In this document: positions 1 through 8,530 of the stretch, in pieces
Position numbering within the stretch: the stretch's first letter is position 1
Layout of the letters: each line of letters starts with the position of its first letter
Assembly: GCA_964592365.1 (NCBI GenBank)
Contig: CAZQDL010000001.1
Span: forward strand, 146,989 to 210,988
Source of the DNA: an uncultured Candidatus Saccharibacteria bacterium
GTDB taxonomy: Bacteria; Patescibacteriota; Minisyncoccia; Phycocordibacterales; UBA1006
Length of the DNA: 64,000 nucleotides
Direction of reading: 5' to 3'
Made by a program: the position numbers and the translations under genes
Notes under the pieces: generated by a model
Seen by the model: only the letters and a program-made list of their open reading frames with translations
What the model was told of the DNA's origin: nothing
The model's database searches: none

Positions 1-1180
1 AGATATCAAAATTAGTAAATTGCTTAATCAAGAAAAGCTTCGCCAAGAAAAATGTATTAACCTCATAGCTTCTGAAAATACTGTTTCAGAAGATGTATTA
101 AAAGCCTTAGGATCTGAAACAACTAACAAGTATGCTGAAGGATACCCAGGAGCACGATACTATGGAGGAAATGAAATAATAGATGAAATTGAACTACTTG
201 CACAAGAACGAGCATTGTTACTTTTTGGCCTATCTGAAAAGAAGTGGGGAGTTAATGTTCAAGCACTTTCAGGCTCACCAGCAAATCTTGCTGTTTTTGG
301 AGCATTGCTACCAAAGGGTGGAAAGATTATGGGAATGAAATTAGCATCAGGGGGTCACCTTACTCATGGACACCCGGTATCATTTTCAGGAATGTTTTGG
401 AAGCAAATTCCATATGAGGTAGATAAAAAAACAGAGGTACTTAATTATGATGATCTCCTTGCTCTTGCAAAAAAGGAAAAACCAGACCTTATCATTGCGG
501 GATATAGTGCATATCCACGAAAAATCAATTTCAAAAAATTTAGAGAAATTGCTGATGAGGTCGGAGCCCTTTTTATGGTAGATATGGCACATATTGCAGG
601 ATTAGTTGCTGCAGGAGAACACCCTTCGCCTTTTAAATATGCAGATATTGTTACCACAACTACTCACAAAACATTACGAGGTCCACGTGGAGGAATGATC
701 TTTGCAAGAAAAGATGCTCGTTCTTTGTTTGATAAAATTAATAAGGCAATTTTCCCAGGAATGCAGGGTGGCCCTCACATGAATCAAATTGCAGCAGTTG
801 CAGTTGCACTAAAAGAAGCTTCAAGTTCATCATTTAAAAAATACATCCAAGGAGTTATTGAAAATAGTAAGGTGCTTTCATCTGAGCTTGCAGCTAAGGG
901 ATGGCGTATTACTTCAGGAGGAACAGATAATCATGTATTTCTTGTAGATGTTTGGAAAGATGGCAAAGGTTTGAGTGGAAAGAAAGCTTCTGAGCTTTTA
1001 GAGAAGAATGGAATTATTGTAAATATGAATACGATTCCTTTTGATACAAGATCTCCTTTTAATCCTTCAGGAATTAGAATAGGGACAGCAGCAGTTACTA
1101 CAGCAGGAATGAATAAAAAAGATATGAAAGAATTAGCTTCAACTATTGATACAATTCTTACATCAGGTATATCATCATAA
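1..1180 (+). CDS. glyA: serine hydroxymethyltransferase, 5'-partial (runs off window start; ORF track 20..1180 from TTG)
   Basis: LIASEN...TNKYAEGYPGARYYGG...HLTHGH...TTTTHKTLRGPRGG motifs. The frame stays open back to nt 2, and the N-terminus aligns about 10 aa into canonical SHMT. Confidence 0.9.
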   Translation, partial: DIKISKLLNQEKLRQEKCINLIASENTVSEDVLKALGSETTNKYAEGYPGARYYGGNEIIDEIELLAQERALLLFGLSEKKWGVNVQALSGSPANLAVFGALLPKGGKIMGMKLASGGHLTHGHPVSFSGMFWKQIPYEVDKKTEVLNYDDLLALAKKEKPDLIIAGYSAYPRKINFKKFREIADEVGALFMVDMAHIAGLVAAGEHPSPFKYADIVTTTTHKTLRGPRGGMIFARKDARSLFDKINKAIFPGMQGGPHMNQIAAVAVALKEASSSSFKKYIQGVIENSKVLSSELAAKGWRITSGGTDNHVFLVDVWKDGKGLSGKKASELLEKNGIIVNMNTIPFDTRSPFNPSGIRIGTAAVTTAGMNKKDMKELASTIDTILTSGISS

Positions 1181-1182
1181 CT

Positions 1183-2013
1183 ATGAAAATATTAGAAACA
1201 CACACAAGGCACATACTTGCATTTGGTTTGCTTATACTCACCTGGGTAATGATAGGTGTGTTTTTAATTTATACCAACGCATATCAATCAATATATGATC
1301 GATCCTTATCACTAACTAATAGTGCTGAAGAGCAACATCAACAAATACAACTCCTTCAAAAAAAATGCGGAACTTTTTATTGCTATACCGGAGATGAGTT
1401 TATCAATCTGTATGAAACTTTTATTACATCAAGAAATCAACATGCACATCAAAATACATCGATAACTGGTAACCTTTTTGTTGATGAATATTTAAGAAAC
1501 ATTGCGGAAGAAAGAGGATACATAAAGAGAATGAGTGTAGATCCTTCATTATTGGTTGAGTATAATAATCTTCTTATCCTTCCTGAAGTAAGAAACGCAT
1601 ATCTTAATCTAAGAAATAAAGCTTCAGAAGAAGGTATTAGTATTCACCTTGTTTCAGCTTTTAGAACTTTCGAAGATCAAAGAAAATTATTTATATCACA
1701 ACTGAGTGTTGCTGATATAGAACTTATCCCAACTGGAATATACGATGATGAGATAAATAGGGTGCTCTCAGTGACTGCCCTTCCAGGATACTCTAAACAT
1801 CATGAAGGACACACTCTTGATTTTGCCTGTGGTGATGATTATCTCGTATTTGAATTTAAAGATACTGATTGCTATACCTGGATGAGTCAAAACAACTATG
1901 AGGTGATAAAGAGGTTTGGTTTCATTCCAAGCTATCCTCAAGATGTTGAAAAACAAGGACCATCTCCTGAAGCATGGGAATATGTTTATATCGATAGAGA
2001 AATGATGAGGTAG
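1183..2013 (+). CDS. membrane-anchored D-Ala-D-Ala carboxypeptidase-like protein (VanY / peptidase M15B family)
   Basis: N-terminal TM helix. VanY-type motifs SAFRTFEDQRKLF, SKHHEGHTLDF and W..NNYEVIKRFGFIPSYP. Confidence 0.55.
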   Translation: MKILETHTRHILAFGLLILTWVMIGVFLIYTNAYQSIYDRSLSLTNSAEEQHQQIQLLQKKCGTFYCYTGDEFINLYETFITSRNQHAHQNTSITGNLFVDEYLRNIAEERGYIKRMSVDPSLLVEYNNLLILPEVRNAYLNLRNKASEEGISIHLVSAFRTFEDQRKLFISQLSVADIELIPTGIYDDEINRVLSVTALPGYSKHHEGHTLDFACGDDYLVFEFKDTDCYTWMSQNNYEVIKRFGFIPSYPQDVEKQGPSPEAWEYVYIDREMMR

Positions 2014-2028
2014 TGTATACTATGAACT

Positions 2029-2697
2029 ATGAAAACATACGAAGTAGAAATTAAATCTTTATTAGGTTCAGAAGACCGTGCAGACAATTTTAGATCATTG
2101 ATTCAAGAAAAAGGTGCAGTGTTTGTATCAACAGGTAAACAACTCAACCACTATTTTATCAATGGAAATCTTTTGAAAATGAAGGAACTACTTTTCCCAT
2201 ATTTTGAGAAAGCACAACAAGAATCTCTAGAATATATTATTTCACATGGAGAGCACTTTTCTGTTAGGGTACGGAATGCTGATGGTACAGTACTTATCGT
2301 TGTAAAAGCAACAACAGGAGATAACACTAGTGAAAATGGAATTGCTCGTATGGAATTTGAAGAGCAAGTATCATTGAATATTGATGAATTAGACAAGCTT
2401 CTTTTAGATGCTGATTTTCAATATCAAGCTAAATGGTCACGAACAAGAGAAACATATACCTATGACGATATTACGATAACTCTCGATCGTAATGCTGGGT
2501 ATGGATGGCTTACTGAATTTGAATTAGTTGTTTCTGAAGAATCAGAAGTACAAGATGCTCAAGAAAGAATCAAAGAAACTATGGAATCTTTCGGAGTAGA
2601 GGAATTAGACCAAGAACGACTTTCACGAATGTTTGATTACTACAACAAGAATTGGAGAGAATATTATGGTACTGATAATATTTTTAATATAGAATAA
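2029..2697 (+). CDS. CYTH-domain protein (CyaB / thiamine-triphosphatase-like triphosphate tunnel metalloenzyme)
   Basis: N-terminal YEVEIK (ExExK) plus downstream acidic ExE pairs (MEFEE, TEFELV) typical of the CYTH fold. Confidence 0.5.
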   Translation: MKTYEVEIKSLLGSEDRADNFRSLIQEKGAVFVSTGKQLNHYFINGNLLKMKELLFPYFEKAQQESLEYIISHGEHFSVRVRNADGTVLIVVKATTGDNTSENGIARMEFEEQVSLNIDELDKLLLDADFQYQAKWSRTRETYTYDDITITLDRNAGYGWLTEFELVVSEESEVQDAQERIKETMESFGVEELDQERLSRMFDYYNKNWREYYGTDNIFNIE

Positions 2698-2701
2698 ATA
2701 T

Positions 2702-3247
2702 ATGTTCCTATCAGATTCAGATATAAAAAGAGAAGTAGAAAATAAATCAATTGTCATTTCAGACTTTGAGGAAGATCGACTTCAACCAGTGAGCTATGAT
2801 ATTCTTTTGGGTAATAAATTTGAAATAGTGAAGAGCCATAAAATTTCAGCAGTTGATCCTGCAAGAGGAATTCTTCCTGAAACGTATCAAGAAGAAGTTC
2901 TCGATGGAGAAGCTTTTGTACTACATCCAGGAAAAACAGTTCTTGGAACATCGAAAGATTATTTCGGTTCAGATAAATATTTGATACATCTTTCAGGTAA
3001 AAGTTCACTTGCACGCCTTGGGTTAGTAGTACATAACACTGCAGGAATTGTAAATCCAGGACATTTCCTAAATATTACTTTTGAACTTTTTAATGCAGGA
3101 AAAGTCCCTATCATCCTACGTCCTGGTATGCAGATAGCACAAATTACTTTCTCACAGATTTCTTCTGAGATGAATAGAGACTATCGTCAAACAGGGAAAT
3201 ATAACGGAGATAATTGGTCAAAAAACTTTAGTCCAAACAACGTATGA
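2702..3247 (+). CDS. dcd: dCTP deaminase
   Basis: MxLSDxDI N-terminus, QPxSYDxxLG and GKSSLARLGL...NAG motifs of the dCTP deaminase/dUTPase family. Overlaps thyA by 4 nt. Confidence 0.8.
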   Translation: MFLSDSDIKREVENKSIVISDFEEDRLQPVSYDILLGNKFEIVKSHKISAVDPARGILPETYQEEVLDGEAFVLHPGKTVLGTSKDYFGSDKYLIHLSGKSSLARLGLVVHNTAGIVNPGHFLNITFELFNAGKVPIILRPGMQIAQITFSQISSEMNRDYRQTGKYNGDNWSKNFSPNNV

Positions 3248-4242
3248 AATCAAAACATCCAGAATATCAATATCTAGAATTGTGTAGAGACATTCTAGAA
3301 AATGGTGCAGAAAAAGAACTATTCTTTAACGATGTCGTTTTAGAGGAATATAAAAAGAAAGGGGAAAAGCCACCATACATTAAATCAGTATTTGGAAGAC
3401 AAATACGTTTTGATTTAAGTGAAGGGTTTCCTTTGCTAACCACTAAAAAAACTTTTTGGAGAGGAGTTACCACTGAATTGATTTGGTTTCTTTCAGGAAG
3501 TTCAAATATTAAACCGTTAGTTGATATGGATAATCACATATGGGATGAGTGGGCTTGGAAACATTATCATATGTGGGCAATTGAACATGCTCCTGAAGAG
3601 GATTTAACACAAGAGGCGTTTATACAAAAAATCTCAGAACTACCGGCAGATGATCCTTTTGTTCAGAAATGGGGAGATCTCATTACCATATATGGTCGTA
3701 TGTGGAGACGATGGCCTGCAAAAGATGGAAGAGAAATTGATCAATTGAAATGGGTTATCGAAGGACTTAAAAATAAACCAGATAGAAAGTCATATGTGGT
3801 AAGTGCGTGGAATCCTGATTTCATATACGCCATGGCATCAGAAGGTCAACAATCACATGTGCCACCTTTCTGTCATACTATGTTTCAATTCCAGGTTGCT
3901 AATGGAAAACTTAACTTAGGTTTATATCAACGATCAGCAGACCTATTCTTGGGAGTTCCGTTTAATATTGCAAGTTACGCATTACTTCTGAAGATAGTAT
4001 CTCACTTGGTAGGAATACCAGCAGGAGAATTTGTACATTCCTTTGGGGATGTTCATATCTATTCAAATCATATCAGTCAGGTAGAAGAACAACTTACAAG
4101 AGAACCATTACCATTTCCAGAAGTGGAGATAAATAGTGATCTTGATGATATTGATAATCTTACCTTAGATGACATTACCCTTAAAAATTATGTGTCACAT
4201 AAAGGAATAAAGGGAGAGATTGCAAATATCGGAGGATTTTAA
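3244..4242 (+). CDS. thyA: thymidylate synthase (long form with insertion and C-terminal extension)
   Basis: FGRQIRFDL..GFPLLTTKK, WxELxWFLxG, PPCHTMFQF and ALPPxH-type active-site region. Confidence 0.9.
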   Translation: MKSKHPEYQYLELCRDILENGAEKELFFNDVVLEEYKKKGEKPPYIKSVFGRQIRFDLSEGFPLLTTKKTFWRGVTTELIWFLSGSSNIKPLVDMDNHIWDEWAWKHYHMWAIEHAPEEDLTQEAFIQKISELPADDPFVQKWGDLITIYGRMWRRWPAKDGREIDQLKWVIEGLKNKPDRKSYVVSAWNPDFIYAMASEGQQSHVPPFCHTMFQFQVANGKLNLGLYQRSADLFLGVPFNIASYALLLKIVSHLVGIPAGEFVHSFGDVHIYSNHISQVEEQLTREPLPFPEVEINSDLDDIDNLTLDDITLKNYVSHKGIKGEIANIGGF

Positions 4243-4246
4243 TGAA

Positions 4247-4268
4247 GAAGCCCTAAGGGCTTTTTTTT
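4247..4268 (+). terminator. rho-independent terminator after thyA
   Basis: AAGCCC-TAA-GGGCTT hairpin followed by a T8 run. Confidence 0.7.
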
Positions 4269-4284
4269 GTGATATATTTTACCT

Positions 4285-6063
4285 ATGAAACTACCAACAA
4301 CATGGAATATTAATAAATTAGCAACAGGACCTTTTGATCCTAAATTTATTTTAAAAAGAAAAAAAATACTCAAGCAATATAAATCTTTTCATAAAAAGTG
4401 GAGTAATGATTCTTCATATTTAACTAATAGTTCTTCAATGAAAGAAGCACTCGATGCGTATGAAAAATTAGCATCATATGAAAATATTGAAAGCTTGTAC
4501 CTATTCCTTGCTTCTTCATTAAATACTGAAGACACTGAGATTCAGGCAGCTTCACAACTACTTTCTGATTTCTCTAACACCCTATCTGACTATGTTAGAT
4601 TTTTTGAACTTTCAATTGGAAAGATTGATATACAAACACAAAAGAAATTCCTTTCAGATCCACTTCTTTCTGAATACAGGAAGTACTTAAGTGATATCTT
4701 TACCACTGCTGTATATACCCTATCTGAGAAAGAGGAAAAAATCCTTTCAATGAAATCTGGAGTTTCTGCTGGAAATTGGGTGAACATGCTTGAGGAATTT
4801 CTTTCATCAGAAACAAGAGAAATAACAATTGCAAAGAAAAAAGAGGAGGTGAGCTTTTCACAATTAATGAACCTGATGCGTTCTTCGGAAGGAAACATTT
4901 CAGATCAGGCCATAGAGGGGATAAAAAGTATTCTTAAGAATAATGAAAAGGTAGCTGAAAAAGAGATAAATAGTTTTCTTGAAAATAAGAAAATTAATGA
5001 TCAGCTTAGAGGTTTCAAACGTCCTGACGCATCACGTCATATTGCTGAAGATATAGCTTCAAAAACAGTTGATACCTTTGTAAAGACAGTTACTGAAAAT
5101 TTTAAGATATCTCAAGACTTCTATACCTTCAAAGCAAAATTATTCAAAGTAAAGAAATTTAGTTACTTTAATAGAATTGTTGAATATGGACAACATACAA
5201 AAAAATATAGTTATGAAGATTCAGTTAATATTGTTGAGCGTGCCTTGTTGAAGATCAGTCCAGAATTCAGAGATATTTTCATTGATTTTGTGAATAATAA
5301 TCAAATTGATGTGTATCCAAGTAAGGGAAAAAGTGGTGGAGCGTTTTGTATGCCCTCATACTCTTCAGATGTTCATATTCTTCTTAACCATGATGGAAGT
5401 ATTCGTAACGTAACTACTCTTGCTCATGAAGTTGGTCATGGAATTCATGCAACAAAAGCAAGAAAAGAAAATGCATTAAACTATGATGTTCCTATGTGTA
5501 CTGCTGAAGTTGCATCAACTTTCTGTGAAGATTTTGTAATTGATGAATTGTTAACTGATGCAGATGATGAAATGAAATTGGTAATGATGATCAATCAATT
5601 AGAGGATAAGGTTGCGACAATATTTAGACAAATAGCAGCATATAATTTTGAAAAAGAATTACATGAAGAATTTAGAAAGAAAGGATATCTTCCTGGAAAA
5701 GAAATAGGAGAACTCTTTAATAAACACATGAAGTCGTATATGGGTGATGCTGTTAGTTTTGATGAAGATTCAGGAAGAGGGTGGATATATTGGAGTCACT
5801 TCAGATCTTCTTTCTACGTATTTGCTTATGCAATGGCACTTTTAGTTTCGCAATATGCAAAAAAACAACTTACCAATGATCCTTCATATCTTATGAAAAT
5901 TAATGAATTCTATGAAACAGGAAGTAGTAAATCACCTGATATGATATTTAAATCTCTAGGAATACAGGTGAATAACGACAAGCAATGGATGGAAGGAATT
6001 AATCAGGTACGTGAACTGTTAAAACAAACAACAAAATTAGCAAAAAAATTAGGTAAGATATAA
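4285..6063 (+). CDS. pepF: oligoendopeptidase F (peptidase M3B)
   Basis: About 590 aa with HEVGHGIH zinc motif and overall PepF-like layout. Confidence 0.8.
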   Translation: MKLPTTWNINKLATGPFDPKFILKRKKILKQYKSFHKKWSNDSSYLTNSSSMKEALDAYEKLASYENIESLYLFLASSLNTEDTEIQAASQLLSDFSNTLSDYVRFFELSIGKIDIQTQKKFLSDPLLSEYRKYLSDIFTTAVYTLSEKEEKILSMKSGVSAGNWVNMLEEFLSSETREITIAKKKEEVSFSQLMNLMRSSEGNISDQAIEGIKSILKNNEKVAEKEINSFLENKKINDQLRGFKRPDASRHIAEDIASKTVDTFVKTVTENFKISQDFYTFKAKLFKVKKFSYFNRIVEYGQHTKKYSYEDSVNIVERALLKISPEFRDIFIDFVNNNQIDVYPSKGKSGGAFCMPSYSSDVHILLNHDGSIRNVTTLAHEVGHGIHATKARKENALNYDVPMCTAEVASTFCEDFVIDELLTDADDEMKLVMMINQLEDKVATIFRQIAAYNFEKELHEEFRKKGYLPGKEIGELFNKHMKSYMGDAVSFDEDSGRGWIYWSHFRSSFYVFAYAMALLVSQYAKKQLTNDPSYLMKINEFYETGSSKSPDMIFKSLGIQVNNDKQWMEGINQVRELLKQTTKLAKKLGKI

Positions 6064-6088
6064 GACAATGCTTTGCATTGTCTTTTTG
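6064..6088 (+). terminator. rho-independent terminator after pepF
   Basis: GACAATG-CTTTG-CATTGTC hairpin followed by TTTTT. Confidence 0.6.
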
Positions 6089-6119
6089 CTTTGGAAGGAA
6101 AAAAGGGTAGTATACATAC

Positions 6120-7832
6120 ATGCATATTGCTCATCAGATACAAGAATATATTCATCAAACACTTAATTCGTTAGGAATTAATATTGATTTTGATGTGCAT
6201 CTAGAACATCCAGGAGATCTATCACATGGAGACTATTCAACAAATGTTGCTATGGTACTTGCACCAAGACTACAAAGAAAGCCACAAGATATTGCTCTTC
6301 AGATTGTGAGTAATATGAATGAATCCGTTCATCCTCATATTGAAAAGGTTGAGGTTGCTGGTCCTGGATTTATTAATATTTTTCTTAAAAAAACATTTTT
6401 CAATCAAGAATTAAATACCATCTTAGAACAAGGAGATAATTATGGAGGTCTTGATACTTATAAAGACAAAAACATTCTTGTAGAACATTCTTCTCCAAAC
6501 CTTTTTAAAGCATTTCATATTGGTCATTTGATGAATAATACGATTGGTGAATCGCTTGCTCGTTTGTATACCAAAGCAGGAGCTTCAGTTACAACCATTT
6601 CATATCCTTCAGATGTTTCTTTGGGTATTGGAAAAGCAGTATGGCAGCTATTACAGTATGGTGTTGAAAAGCTCGAAGAACATAAAAGCATTGAGGATAA
6701 GATACATTTTCTTGGCGAGTGCTATGTTAATGGAACAAGGGCATATGATGATGATCCTACTCTTGAAAAAGAAATTCGAGAGATCACTCAAGATATATAT
6801 CAATCACGAACCCACTTAGATTCATACCAGGCATACCTTCTTGGAAAAGACATTAATCTTGAATATTTTAAAGGGGTAACAAGTCGTTTGGGATCTCACT
6901 TTGATGGATATATATATGAATCAGAGGCAGGAGAAATTGGAAAAGATATAGTTCTTGAAAACACCCCCTTAATATATTCAGAATCTGATGGAGCTGTTAT
7001 ATATGAAGGAGAAAAATATGGACTCCACACTCGAGTGTTTATCAACAAAGAAGGTAATCCAACATATGAAGCAAAAGATACTGGTCTTTTAAAGATTAAG
7101 TTTGATAGATATGCACCTGATCTTTCTTTGTTGGTTACTGATAATCAGCAAGCAGAGTATTACAAGGTGGTACTTGATGCTGCTGGGAAGATAAATAAAG
7201 AATGGAAGGAGAAAACCATTCATGCAACTCATGGGAGAATGCAGTTTAAGGGTCAGAAGATGTCTTCTCGTTTAGGAAATACTCCTTTAGTTACCGACAT
7301 TTTAAATGAAGTTAATGAAGAGGTAAGGCAACGTGCAAGTGATAGAGAGTTGAGTGACCAGCAATCAGATGTTATTTCAATTGGAGCATTGAAATATGCT
7401 ATTTTAAGAACACAAGCTGGAAAAGATATTAATTTTGATCCTGATACCTCACTTTCTTTTGAAGGAGATTCCGGTCCATACTTACAATATACTTATGCTC
7501 GATGTATTTCCCTTATCGAGAAAGCAGATAGTTTTGGTATTGATGTAAAGAATTCTCATATGCGTCCAATTGATATGGACTTAACAAATCTAGAACGCTG
7601 TATGTATCGATTTCCAGAAGTCATCGGTACTGCAGTTAATCAAAGACATCCACATCATATCGTTACTTATATCACTGAATTAGCACAGCACTTCAATACT
7701 TGGTACGGAAATACAAAAATTGTTGATGATTCAAATGAGGCCTCTTACAAAATTATGATGGTAAGAGGAATGGCACATATATTGAAAAACAGTCTTTGGC
7801 TTTTAGGAATCGATGCTCCTGAAAAAATGTAA
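6120..7832 (+). CDS. argS: arginyl-tRNA synthetase
   Basis: Class I HIGH motif (FHIGHLMNN), MSSRLG (KMSK-like), DALR-type anticodon-binding C-terminus ending in M. Confidence 0.9.
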   Translation: MHIAHQIQEYIHQTLNSLGINIDFDVHLEHPGDLSHGDYSTNVAMVLAPRLQRKPQDIALQIVSNMNESVHPHIEKVEVAGPGFINIFLKKTFFNQELNTILEQGDNYGGLDTYKDKNILVEHSSPNLFKAFHIGHLMNNTIGESLARLYTKAGASVTTISYPSDVSLGIGKAVWQLLQYGVEKLEEHKSIEDKIHFLGECYVNGTRAYDDDPTLEKEIREITQDIYQSRTHLDSYQAYLLGKDINLEYFKGVTSRLGSHFDGYIYESEAGEIGKDIVLENTPLIYSESDGAVIYEGEKYGLHTRVFINKEGNPTYEAKDTGLLKIKFDRYAPDLSLLVTDNQQAEYYKVVLDAAGKINKEWKEKTIHATHGRMQFKGQKMSSRLGNTPLVTDILNEVNEEVRQRASDRELSDQQSDVISIGALKYAILRTQAGKDINFDPDTSLSFEGDSGPYLQYTYARCISLIEKADSFGIDVKNSHMRPIDMDLTNLERCMYRFPEVIGTAVNQRHPHHIVTYITELAQHFNTWYGNTKIVDDSNEASYKIMMVRGMAHILKNSLWLLGIDAPEKM

Positions 7833-7856
7833 ACTACGTTGACACGTGGTTTTTTT
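7831..7856 (+). terminator. rho-independent terminator after argS
   Basis: AAACTACGT-TGAC-ACGTGGTTT hairpin plus a T-run; overlaps the stop codon. Confidence 0.6.
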
Positions 7857-7891
7857 AATATATAAGTAAAATAAATCAAAAAACATAATAT

Positions 7892-8335
7892 ATGAGCATC
7901 TTTAATCTTAAATACAATGACATGGTTGATACATCAGGTCAGTGCAAAATCTTCCTGTATGATTACATGGATGACAATCTTTCTACTAATCCAGATTTTC
8001 AGCAAATCAATTTTCTGTTACAGGGGTTAGGGGTTGATGAAATAGACATCATACCAACATATTCAGAAAATATTTTTGACAAGATTGTTACAAAAATAGA
8101 AGAAGTAATTCCTGGATATTGGGTTCTTGTGATTACCTCTTCAAGGTTCCGTAATGATAAAAAAAGTTATCAAGAACTTCAGAAAAAATTTTCAAAGGCA
8201 CCTGTTATTTTTGTAAGAAGATCACATAGAAATTTTCAAACAGCTGATATTCTTCAAAAAAATTATCGATACTTTCATGTTAAAAAGAAAATATCAATAC
8301 TAAAAACACTATTCAAAAATCTTGGAGTGATATAA
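7892..8335 (+). CDS. hypothetical protein (147 aa)
   Basis: Intact ORF between argS and ileS with its own terminator. No motif recognised. Confidence 0.5.
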   Translation: MSIFNLKYNDMVDTSGQCKIFLYDYMDDNLSTNPDFQQINFLLQGLGVDEIDIIPTYSENIFDKIVTKIEEVIPGYWVLVITSSRFRNDKKSYQELQKKFSKAPVIFVRRSHRNFQTADILQKNYRYFHVKKKISILKTLFKNLGVI

Positions 8336-8360
8336 AAAACCGTATTTATACGGTTTTTAT
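8334..8360 (+). terminator. rho-independent terminator
   Basis: A-run, CCGTA-TTTA-TACGG, T-run. Confidence 0.65.
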
Positions 8361-8438
8361 TTACACCCCCAAATATTCTGATAAGATTTGTATATGCATA
8401 AAGCAATCATTATTTCAATTATTCAATACACCGCATAA

Positions 8439-8500
8439 GTATTCGGGTTCTTGAATGATGAATAAAGAGCACTCCCGAATACGGAGTGCTATTTTATTTA
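8439..8500 (+). promoter_or_regulatory. candidate transcription attenuator in the ileS leader (mutually exclusive antiterminator/terminator)
   Basis: The terminator has an AGCACTCC/GGAGTGCT stem (8468-8490) and an ATTTTATTT tail. The upstream GTATTCGGG (8439-8447) is a perfect 9-nt complement of CCCGAATAC (8474-8482), which overlaps the terminator's left arm and loop. Confidence 0.45.
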
Positions 8501-8530
8501 CAATTACCGTTCCGTGGTACCATAACAAAT

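Noticed and set aside
8360-8530. T-box riboswitch upstream of ileS
   Set aside because: The leader is only about 130-170 nt, with no Stem I/specifier architecture. The only T-box-like word (GTGGTACC at about 8518) lies downstream of the terminator rather than in an antiterminator bulge. Kept as a generic attenuator candidate instead.
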